Part shown: positions 38,332 through 46,557 of the stretch, in pieces | Position numbering within the stretch: position 1 is the first letter of the stretch | Layout: every line of letters begins with the position of its first letter | Program-made: the position numbers and the translations under genes | Assembly: GCA_024711295.1 (NCBI GenBank) | Contig: JANJTB010000033.1 | Span: forward strand, 76,617 to 140,616 | Origin: a bacterium | GTDB taxonomy: Bacteria; Bacteroidota; Ignavibacteria; Kapaibacteriales; UBA2268 | DNA: 64,000 bases | Reading direction: 5' to 3' | Notes under the pieces: generated by a model | Database searches by the model: none | What the model was told of the DNA's origin: nothing | The model's input: only the letters and a program-made list of their open reading frames with translations

Positions 38332-39462
38332 TTATAAATTGTTTTTTTTCCAAAATCCTAAAATTACATTATTACTTAGCACGTTGATTTTATTAGACTT
38401 TGCAAGCACATTTGTGATTTCGATTTCTGCGCTGATAAGAGTTGACTCTTCACTTCCATCAAACTTGCTTCTACTAAGATACAGAATTTTATTCCCTTTG
38501 AATGACCATTTTGGTGAGTCATTAAGTTCAAAACCTGATGCATCAGTAATTTTTGAGAATCTTAAATCATTGTTAGCTATATGAATTATCCAGATATTGC
38601 CGTCTTTACCTGATATTGCTATAAAATCATTATTAGGAGAGAGTGATGCATCCCTACCACCTATCTCGGCATTGGGGATTTCAATAGTCCTTTCTTCACC
38701 CGAAAATATATTGATAACTTTTACTATGTCCTGATTAGAATTACTAATAGTAAATACTATTAATTCTGAGTCGAATGACCAGTTGATCTGTGCAAAATTA
38801 CTTGTAACAAAAGTCACAGGACCAAAATTCTTACTATATATTGGGTTAGAAAAGTCGCTATTTTGTGTACTGTAAATTTTTATAATTTTATTAATATTGT
38901 CATCTGTTTCTATAGTTGCAATTAATTTCGAATCAGGAGAAAATGAAGCGGCTGTCCCCTCACTAAGTTTTGAAGTAACTTGTGTAAAAACTGAACCACT
39001 CTCTGCATTCTGGTAGAATAGTCTTCCTGAACCAGCATTAAATACAATGTGTTTTGAATCAATTGATAACATTGGATGTGAGATAGAAAACAAGTCGTTA
39101 TCAGATGCAATCAATCTTTGATTAGCGCCATTATAATCTGCTATATAGAGATGTTTATCAGGGCTATCAGCTTCACTTCGAATAAAACAAACTCTGCCAC
39201 TATTCGATGGTGCGGAGTAGGTAACAGCGTTAGTAATTCTATTTTCAATTTCTAAACCATCAGGAGACACACTATATACATTTGGGAAATCTCCATTCTC
39301 AGGTGTGGCAGAAAAGTAAACTTCTTCATCATAAGGATTACCTCCAGACTGCACACCTGTGCAGAAATCACAAGAGTTCAGCAGCAGTGTTGATGCCAGC
39401 ACAAGTATAAATATAAGAGATTTTATGGTAAATAAATTGCTCAAAATAAAAACTTTTTCCAA
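38332..39462 (-). CDS. PD40/TolB-like beta-propeller lipoprotein
   Basis: TTG start. Lipobox LLLNSC. Repeated propeller-blade-like units (SPDGLEI, SIDSKHIVF, SPDSKLIAT, SPNNDFIAIS, SFKGNKILYLS). Its stop abuts the start codon of the ECF sigma gene. Confidence 0.65.
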   Translation of the reverse strand: MEKVFILSNLFTIKSLIFILVLASTLLLNSCDFCTGVQSGGNPYDEEVYFSATPENGDFPNVYSVSPDGLEIENRITNAVTYSAPSNSGRVCFIRSEADSPDKHLYIADYNGANQRLIASDNDLFSISHPMLSIDSKHIVFNAGSGRLFYQNAESGSVFTQVTSKLSEGTAASFSPDSKLIATIETDDNINKIIKIYSTQNSDFSNPIYSKNFGPVTFVTSNFAQINWSFDSELIVFTISNSNQDIVKVINIFSGEERTIEIPNAEIGGRDASLSPNNDFIAISGKDGNIWIIHIANNDLRFSKITDASGFELNDSPKWSFKGNKILYLSRSKFDGSEESTLISAEIEITNVLAKSNKINVLSNNVILGFWKKNNL

Positions 39463-39498
39463 AATTGCAACAAGTATCTACTATAAAGACACATTAAT

Positions 39499-40296
39499 TT
39501 GAAAAATGTCCCAAAAAAAATGTATTTTTTTATTTTTTTTCAATATTTTTTATCATTTTTATTTAATTTTGATATTTTAGCGTTCAAAAAATTGTGGATT
39601 GTAAAATTGAAATTCCAAATAATCATATTTATACTTTTTGTTGCATTTTTGGGATGTGAATGTGTAACAAAGATTGACACCCCCAAAATCATATCTCCTG
39701 ATGATTATGCGAACGTAATCTTTGTTAATTCCATAGTTGACAGAGATATTGTTACTGTTGAGTCAAATAAGATTCCTCTACTACATAAAGTTCATTATGC
39801 TGCCACAGAGAATTCATATCAAAAAGTGTACTCCGGAGATTCATTTTTTAACCTGGTTGACAATAATAAATCTAACCTGATAAATATACCTGTTAATCTT
39901 GATAAATTCACATATAGCACAATCATTTTATACGGTCGTAGGTACTCTATCAAAGCAAAGATATTGAATGATAGTATTGAGCTGCTTGGTGCCACTAATG
40001 CACTAATCAGAATTGTTCATACTTCAATTGATGCACCGGAAGTTCAATTCAGACTTAAAGGAAAATCCGATTCAACTTTCAATTTAAAATTTCAGTCGAA
40101 TACGCACCTATTTAGTATTGAACCAGGTGAATATTCAATTGATGCAGTTGATATGCATAATGGTGAAGTTATTAGTAGCTCTAGAGTTTTCAATGTCAAA
40201 AAGTCGAGTATTATAAATGCTGTGTTAAAAGGGACAATCAATTCATTGCCGGACAAACCTCTAATTATTGATATTATTAGCACCGTAATTGAGTAA
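39499..40296 (+). CDS. DUF4397-like lipoprotein
   Basis: Two DUF4397-like halves (ANVIFVNSIVDRDIVTVESN...; ALIRIVHTSIDAPEVQFRL...EPGEYSIDAVD). Start uncertain: a TTG at 39607 would give MKFQIIIFILFVAFLGC (lipobox). Confidence 0.5.
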   Translation: MKNVPKKMYFFIFFQYFLSFLFNFDILAFKKLWIVKLKFQIIIFILFVAFLGCECVTKIDTPKIISPDDYANVIFVNSIVDRDIVTVESNKIPLLHKVHYAATENSYQKVYSGDSFFNLVDNNKSNLINIPVNLDKFTYSTIILYGRRYSIKAKILNDSIELLGATNALIRIVHTSIDAPEVQFRLKGKSDSTFNLKFQSNTHLFSIEPGEYSIDAVDMHNGEVISSSRVFNVKKSSIINAVLKGTINSLPDKPLIIDIISTVIE

Positions 40297-40398
40297 TCTA
40301 ATGTTGCATAAAACATTTTTTCAACTAAATTGTTAATATTTATTCAGTTTTACAATTTACTAAATCAATTTCATTATAAATTTTGTGAGTTTTAATAG

Positions 40399-41208
40399 AT
40401 GAGAAGAATAATCATTTTGATATTATTATCACTACTTTTTTTAGCATCTTGTTCAGAAACTTCAACCCCAAGCGAAACCAATGAAGTAAACTTGCTTGAA
40501 ACCGCTCAGAACAAAATAGATTCATTGCTCTATTCAATTTGGGATTTCGGTGATGCTAATTCAATTGCAGTTCATAGCTCTGACTTTAACGAACAAACAA
40601 TAAGGACTGTACTTAATAATACATTAGACAGGTATAGTGAAATATATGAAATGGCCTATGTAGACAGCTTAGGAATACTTAAATATATCGAGCCTGAAGA
40701 GTATCGTGCTGCTGAAGGTACCGATATTAGCACTCAAGAGCATGTAATCAGATTATTCAACACCAAAAAGCGTGTATTAAGCAATATATTTCAATTAGTC
40801 GAAGGTTATCATGCTATCGTAATGGAAACACCGATAATGATGAAAGATAGATGCCTGGGCTCCATAAGCCCAATTTTCAAACCTCATTATTTGATAGGTA
40901 ATTTGACAAAAAATATTGAATCATCTGGGATTGTTGATGATTTCTTGGTGATTGATACAAATGGCTTAATTATATTCGACACTGATTCATCACAAATTGG
41001 CAGAAATACTTTTACTGACCCGCTATACAAGGATTTTACAGACGTGCACAGAGCTGCACAGGAAATTATTGCCGGTAATTCCGGTAAAACAGAATATTCA
41101 TTTTTGAATAAAGATAAAAATACTGTGGTAAAGAAAGATGTTTGGTGGAGAACATCAGATTACTATGGAACCAAATGGAAGTTTTGCATTATCAAAGAGA
41201 GAATATGA
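40399..41208 (+). CDS. Stand-alone Cache/PDC-like periplasmic lipoprotein
   Basis: Lipobox LLFLASC. PDC/Cache-like pattern (YVDSLGILKYIEPEEYRAAEGTDIS...VLSNIF...ETPIMMKDRCLGSISPIF...VIDTNGLIIFDTD). No output domain. Confidence 0.45.
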   Translation: MRRIIILILLSLLFLASCSETSTPSETNEVNLLETAQNKIDSLLYSIWDFGDANSIAVHSSDFNEQTIRTVLNNTLDRYSEIYEMAYVDSLGILKYIEPEEYRAAEGTDISTQEHVIRLFNTKKRVLSNIFQLVEGYHAIVMETPIMMKDRCLGSISPIFKPHYLIGNLTKNIESSGIVDDFLVIDTNGLIIFDTDSSQIGRNTFTDPLYKDFTDVHRAAQEIIAGNSGKTEYSFLNKDKNTVVKKDVWWRTSDYYGTKWKFCIIKERI

Positions 41209-42746
41209 GTAACCCTTCACAATGGACTATAAGAGAAAAAGTTGCACAAGTAATTTTCCCAAGACTCGATACCGAAAAATATTATGAAGATGAGAAGTAT
41301 AGAAAGGAAATTGATAATCTTGCAAAACTAAATATTGGAGGTTTCTGTATTTTTGGTGGTAACCCAGAGCAAGTCGAGCAGATGGTTCATACCTTACAAG
41401 CCAGGTCAAAAACACCATTGCTTATGAGTGCTGATTTTGAGAATGGACTTCCAATGAGACTAAGCGAGGGAACTGATTTTGTTCATGCGCAAGGAATGAA
41501 CAGATTGGGACATGAAGCAATATTTAAAATTGCACAAGCTATAGCTAAGGAGTCCAAAGGAATTGGAATAAGATGGAATCTTGCTCCGGTTGCTGACGTA
41601 AATACCAATAAAGATAATCCCGTTATAAATATCCGTGCATTCGGAGATAATCCGGAATCTGTTTCACAGAGTGTCAAGTCTTACATTGAAGGAACTCAGG
41701 TTGAAAAAGTTTTAGCTTGTGCAAAACACTTCCCAGGTCATGGAGATACCAATCAAGACTCTCATCTTGAACTTCCTGTCTTAAAGCATAGTTACGAAAG
41801 AATTTCGTATATTGATTTTGAACCATTCAGAGAGGCAATTCAAAGTAATGTTGCATCTATAATGCTTGCACATCTTAATGTTCCATCTATTGACTCTTCA
41901 GGGCTTCCAACTTCATTATCTGAATCTGCTGTTAAAATACTTAGGGAAGAGCTTAAATTTAACGGAATTATTGTAACTGACGCATTGGAAATGAAGGCAA
42001 TTACAAATCACTATACCGGTGCTGAAGCTGCACAATTAGCTATTAATGCAGGTGTTGACGCATTGTTGATGCCTGTTGACAATAATGATACCATAGATTT
42101 CTTAACAGATTTAGCCGCAAAAAATCCAACATTTCACGAAAAAATTGACATTGCTACAAGAAGAATAGTAATAACAAAGAAAAAATTCGGGCTTATCCCT
42201 GCATATCAATTGCTTGAGCCAAGCAAAAATCTTTTTATAAATCATTCAAAAATGGCATTAAAATATGCCTGGGATGCTATTGATTTGAAAGGTGATAAAA
42301 CGGTTATACCCATTGACGATAAAATCAATTTTGCTGGATTTGCTTTTATCGAAAAGGATAAAGACTTCCGTTCAGCATCAAGAATGTTTACAATGTTGGC
42401 TCAGGCAACAGAAAATGACTGCGACTTTGCATATATTAATTCAGAAATTGATGATGAACAATTAAGTGAATACAAAAAAGGAATTCAAGAAGCCAATATT
42501 GTTATCTTCACTATAAATTTACGTTCTATTCCTATTAAAGAGTTCAATGAAAAAATACAATCACTTAATACATTAATGAAAGATATTTCAACAGGCAAAA
42601 AAAGAATCATAATAAATTATGGTAATCCGTCTTATAGTGATTATTTTGATGCAGATTTGCATATTAACACATTTTCAGACTCCTTCTCATCACTTGCTGC
42701 ATCAATTGTAATGCTCACAGGTAGAGAAGAGGCCATGAATTACTAG
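41205..42746 (+). CDS. nagZ: Glycoside hydrolase family 3 beta-N-acetylhexosaminidase (NagZ-like) with a C-terminal extension
   Basis: The ATG at 41205 overlaps the upstream stop (ATGA). GH3 motifs NLAPVADVN and KHFPGHGDTNQDSHLELP (NagZ signature), plus GIIVTDALEM. Confidence 0.75.
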   Translation: MSNPSQWTIREKVAQVIFPRLDTEKYYEDEKYRKEIDNLAKLNIGGFCIFGGNPEQVEQMVHTLQARSKTPLLMSADFENGLPMRLSEGTDFVHAQGMNRLGHEAIFKIAQAIAKESKGIGIRWNLAPVADVNTNKDNPVINIRAFGDNPESVSQSVKSYIEGTQVEKVLACAKHFPGHGDTNQDSHLELPVLKHSYERISYIDFEPFREAIQSNVASIMLAHLNVPSIDSSGLPTSLSESAVKILREELKFNGIIVTDALEMKAITNHYTGAEAAQLAINAGVDALLMPVDNNDTIDFLTDLAAKNPTFHEKIDIATRRIVITKKKFGLIPAYQLLEPSKNLFINHSKMALKYAWDAIDLKGDKTVIPIDDKINFAGFAFIEKDKDFRSASRMFTMLAQATENDCDFAYINSEIDDEQLSEYKKGIQEANIVIFTINLRSIPIKEFNEKIQSLNTLMKDISTGKKRIIINYGNPSYSDYFDADLHINTFSDSFSSLAASIVMLTGREEAMNY

Positions 42747-42770
42747 TATCAATATTATTAGGTTTATTAA

Positions 42771-44504
42771 ATGAAATTTACTTTTGGTATAGTAATATTA
42801 TTACTGATTAACTTTAGTCTGAGTATGTCTCAGGTTGCAGGAGTTTCAGGCGCAGATACAAAAGAGCTCTTGCAAATGGAAATGGACAATCAACTTGGTG
42901 CTGATGGTATGTCACAACTCGATGGTATGCCTGTAGGGAACTCCATAGATCCAAAATTTTATTATATTGGTCCGGGCGACATACTATCATTACAGATATT
43001 TCCAATACAAAATACTCCGCGAAATCTGACAGTTTCTCCCGATTATACAGTTTTATTGCCTAGAATTGGAGAAGTTGACCTCAAGAACAAGACACTCGAG
43101 CAAGTAAGAGACACCATTAATAAACTTTATCAGTCAAGAAGTGCTTCTTCAAAGGCATTTGTCAATCTAAAAGAAGCAAGAAAGTGTATAGTAAATATCA
43201 AAGGGAATGTTTTATCTCCTGCAATATACACATTACCATCTTCTTATCAGGTATCTACAGCTATATCCTTTGCAAATCAGCTTGGCAAATTATCCGGAGT
43301 ACCTATTGTTGCAGTAGAAGCAATGGTACAGGTGCAAGAAAAACAAAGAGAAGCCGATAGATTATTCTCAGAAACAGGTATCCCATCTAAACCAATTTAT
43401 TGGAGCAGAAATATTACATTATTAAGAAAAGATGGAACATCTCAGCAAATTGACCTTGAAAAAGCTGTTATTACTAATGATATTAACAATGATCCTTATG
43501 TTAAAGAAGGTGACCAAATCGTTGTACCATTCGACCAGCAATATTTTAATCAAATTTCTATTTCTGGTGCCGTGACAAGACCAATAATATTGCCCTTCAA
43601 GAGTAATGACAAGGTTTCTATGCTCCTTAAATTTGGTTTTGGTACTACTGATGATGCTGATACTAATAATGTTTACTGTTTCTTACCTTCATCAAATAGA
43701 AGGATACAGCTGAAAATAGACAAATCTTTAAATTTATTGAGTGAAGACTTCGAAATTGAACCAGGAACCACAGTTATTATTGGGCAAAAATTAAGCTATA
43801 TGCGTAGTAATTTTGGTACTGTTTCTGTAAAAGGTTTTGTAAAATCGCCGGGAAATTATCTTATAAAAATTGGTGAAACAAGATTAAAAGATATAATTGA
43901 AATGGCTGGTGGATTTGATAATGAAGCATATTTACCATTAGGAAGAATAATACGTAGAGACTATAAACAACAATCACTCAGCGATCCAAGACAGGAAACA
44001 TTCGAAACAATGCAATATTCTGATTTGAAAATGGATGACACTGTCAGATATTACATAGATATGAAGTACAAACAACCTTTGGTATCAACTGATTTTTATG
44101 AAGTTTTTGAGAAGAATTCCGAAATTCATAATGTTTTGCTCTATGACGGCGATGTAATTGAAGTACCATCCAATCCCGGCAAAGTAAGAGTATTCGGCCA
44201 GGTCAAGAATCCCGGATTTGTCGAATTTCAGCCCGGAAAGTCAATGGATTGGTATGTTGAAAGAGCCGGTGGTTATGCAGAAGGGTCAGAAAGGCATCGA
44301 GCAAGAATAATACGTGGCAGAACTCAGGTTTGGCTCGAAGGTAGTGACTCTGTTGCTGTTTTTGCCGGTGATCAGATTTATGTACCTAGAGTACCCGACG
44401 AACCTACAACAGTTAAACTACAGAGATATGCTGTGCTTGCAAGCATTGTTGCTACAGTGAGTGTTTTGATTAATGCACTTGCAGTAATATTCATAAGGAA
44501 ATAA
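42771..44504 (+). CDS. Polysaccharide export protein (Wza/BexD-like, Poly_export plus SLBB repeats)
   Basis: Signal peptide. Poly_export motif YYIGPGDILSLQIF. SLBB-like repeats (GDQIVVP, RLKDIIEMAGGF, GDVIEVPS, GDQIYVPR). C-terminal TM helix. Confidence 0.8.
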   Translation: MKFTFGIVILLLINFSLSMSQVAGVSGADTKELLQMEMDNQLGADGMSQLDGMPVGNSIDPKFYYIGPGDILSLQIFPIQNTPRNLTVSPDYTVLLPRIGEVDLKNKTLEQVRDTINKLYQSRSASSKAFVNLKEARKCIVNIKGNVLSPAIYTLPSSYQVSTAISFANQLGKLSGVPIVAVEAMVQVQEKQREADRLFSETGIPSKPIYWSRNITLLRKDGTSQQIDLEKAVITNDINNDPYVKEGDQIVVPFDQQYFNQISISGAVTRPIILPFKSNDKVSMLLKFGFGTTDDADTNNVYCFLPSSNRRIQLKIDKSLNLLSEDFEIEPGTTVIIGQKLSYMRSNFGTVSVKGFVKSPGNYLIKIGETRLKDIIEMAGGFDNEAYLPLGRIIRRDYKQQSLSDPRQETFETMQYSDLKMDDTVRYYIDMKYKQPLVSTDFYEVFEKNSEIHNVLLYDGDVIEVPSNPGKVRVFGQVKNPGFVEFQPGKSMDWYVERAGGYAEGSERHRARIIRGRTQVWLEGSDSVAVFAGDQIYVPRVPDEPTTVKLQRYAVLASIVATVSVLINALAVIFIRK

Positions 44505-44600
44505 ATATAAGTTAATTTTGTCATAATTAACTGAAAATGAATATTTATTACTATTTTTGTATATCAAAAAAATTCAATATTTAAAAATGAGGAGATTATC

Positions 44601-45203
44601 TTGAAAAGATATTTGATATTATTGATATTTATGGCTTTTATTTCATGTGGAAATAATGAAAATAAAATTGAATCAGAGAAAAACTCTGCAGCAGATTTAG
44701 ATCGTAAATATAAAGAAATTGGACAAAGAATCACTGAAGAAAGTTTCAACACTTTGAGAAATAAATTGATGGAAGCAATGGCAAGCCGTGAAATATCAGG
44801 CGCTATTGAATTCTGCAATATTGCGGCTTATCCTATTACTGATTCCTTATCGAAAGAGTTTAATGCGCAGATAAAGAGAACCACTTTCAAGTTCAGAAAT
44901 CCAAATAATGCACCTAACGATAAGGAAGCAGCTATACTTGAGTATTACGAAAAACTTCACGCAAGCGGCACTCAACCGAAAGATAGTGTTATTACTATTA
45001 ATGATAAGCAAGTTTGGTACATAAGACCGATTTTTGTTCAGGGAATTTGTCAGAATTGCCATGGTAACATTGGCTCAACAATTGCTCAAAATAACTATGA
45101 TGTAATAAAGAAGTTATATCCTGAAGATAAAGCTATTGATTATAAATCAGGTGACTTCAGAGGCATTTGGAGTGTTATAATTAATACCGACGATAAGAAA
45201 TAA
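44601..45203 (+). CDS. DUF3365 (Tll0287-like) protein with a single c-type haem motif
   Basis: TTG start after GGAG. Lipoprotein-like N-terminus LIFMAFISC. CQNCH at 45048-45062. DUF3365-like C-terminus GDFRGIWSV. Confidence 0.6.
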   Translation: MKRYLILLIFMAFISCGNNENKIESEKNSAADLDRKYKEIGQRITEESFNTLRNKLMEAMASREISGAIEFCNIAAYPITDSLSKEFNAQIKRTTFKFRNPNNAPNDKEAAILEYYEKLHASGTQPKDSVITINDKQVWYIRPIFVQGICQNCHGNIGSTIAQNNYDVIKKLYPEDKAIDYKSGDFRGIWSVIINTDDKK

Positions 45204-45219
45204 TCACTTTATCAAAATT

Positions 45220-45260
45220 AAAAAAAACCTCGGTAATTAATATACTAATTATCGAGGTTT
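45220..45260. terminator. Strong hairpin terminator between convergent DUF3365 and icd-like genes
   Basis: A 14-bp stem, AACCTCGGTAATTA (45226-45239) with TAATTATCGAGGTT (45246-45259), one G-U pair, 6-nt loop. The A8 run on the plus strand reads as a T8 run after the hairpin on the minus strand, so it is strongest for the minus-strand gene. Confidence 0.75.
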
Positions 45261-45283
45261 CATATTTAGTGCAAAAAGTTTTT

Positions 45284-46402
45284 CTATAATTTATCTGCTA
45301 TAGCTCTAGCAATATCTAGCGTAGTCGCATTGCCACCCATATCATAAGTTCTGACCTTACCCTCAGAAATTACCTGTGCAGTAGCTTTTTCAATCCTTTC
45401 AGCCATATCTTTTTCACCAAGCCAGTCAAGCATCATCTTTGCAGCAAGAATAGTTGCAATAGGATTTACTTTATAAAGTCCGGTGTATTTTGGTGCTGAA
45501 CCGTGAGAAGGCTCGAAAACTGCAAGTTTTTTGCCAATATTTCCACTGCAACCAAATCCTAATCCACCAACCATTTGTGCAGCAAGATCGCTTATTATAT
45601 CACCATAAAGATTTGGAGCAACCATAACATCATAATTATCAGGATTTTTTAGCATCCACATAGTCATTGCATCAATATTTGCATCATCCATCTGAATATC
45701 GGGGAAATCTTTTTTTACTTCGTTAGCAATTTCAAAGAAAAGACCATCTGTAGCTCTAACAACATTTGCTTTGTGAACAATAGTTACTTTTTTTCGATTG
45801 TGCAATCTAGCAAATTCAAAGGCAGCTCTGATTATACGCTCAGAGCCACTTCTGGTATTTATCTTGCATGATATTGCGAACTCATCGCCAGACAATTCAG
45901 AAAACCTGCCAAAGGGCTTCGAAAGCTCTTTTAGAGTCTTTTTCAGCTCGTCTGGTACAGGATTAAATTCTACACCACAATACATATCTTCAGTATTCTC
46001 TCTGAATACGACCATATCGAGATTATCCCTGTAATTTAATGGATTACCCGAATATGCTTTACATGGACGTAAACAAATATAGAGATCAAATAATTGTCGC
46101 ATTCTTACTATTGGAGATCTGTAAATAATTCCTTTACCTTTTAGTTCAGGCACCAACTCAAGCTCAGCTTGCTTCACAGGTTTGGATGTTATTGCACCAA
46201 ACATTGCAGCATCTACATTCTGAAGCAGGTCAATTGTTCGTTGTGGTAACGCATCTCCTTCCTTACACCAAAATTCCCATCCAATATCACCATGGATATA
46301 TTCAGCATTAAAGTTGAGTTTGTCGAGAACTATTTTCGTCGCTTCTAGCACTTCAACTCCCACACCATCACCGGGGAGCCAAGCAATTTTGTAATTTTTC
46401 AT
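45284..46402 (-). CDS. icd: Isocitrate dehydrogenase-like member of the isocitrate/isopropylmalate dehydrogenase family
   Basis: 372 aa. WLPGDGVGVEV. RSPIVRMRQLFDLYICLRP (substrate loop very close to prokaryotic ICDH). NLYGDIISDLAAQMVGGLG. Confidence 0.7.
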   Translation of the reverse strand: MKNYKIAWLPGDGVGVEVLEATKIVLDKLNFNAEYIHGDIGWEFWCKEGDALPQRTIDLLQNVDAAMFGAITSKPVKQAELELVPELKGKGIIYRSPIVRMRQLFDLYICLRPCKAYSGNPLNYRDNLDMVVFRENTEDMYCGVEFNPVPDELKKTLKELSKPFGRFSELSGDEFAISCKINTRSGSERIIRAAFEFARLHNRKKVTIVHKANVVRATDGLFFEIANEVKKDFPDIQMDDANIDAMTMWMLKNPDNYDVMVAPNLYGDIISDLAAQMVGGLGFGCSGNIGKKLAVFEPSHGSAPKYTGLYKVNPIATILAAKMMLDWLGEKDMAERIEKATAQVISEGKVRTYDMGGNATTLDIARAIADKL

Positions 46403-46557
46403 TTTACACCATTTTCATTTTAATATTAATAAAAACTTTTTCAGTTTTTGGCAATTTGCCTAATGCAATATAACTATAAATGAAAAAATATTAAAATAAA
46501 ATGAGATTAGTTTAAACATAAGTTCATTATATTGTTTAGCTTATATTATATTATCTG

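Noticed and set aside
44510-44532. AGTTAATT-ttgtcat-AATTAACT hairpin after the polysaccharide export gene as a terminator
   Set aside because: An 8-bp all-A/T stem without a following T-run. Too weak to call.
46448-46460. TTGGCAATTTGCC as a possible sigma-54 (-24/-12) promoter
   Set aside because: The GG-to-GC spacing is wrong on both strands. It is more simply a 4-bp mini-palindrome. No other TGGCAC-N5-TTGC-like site was seen in any intergenic region.
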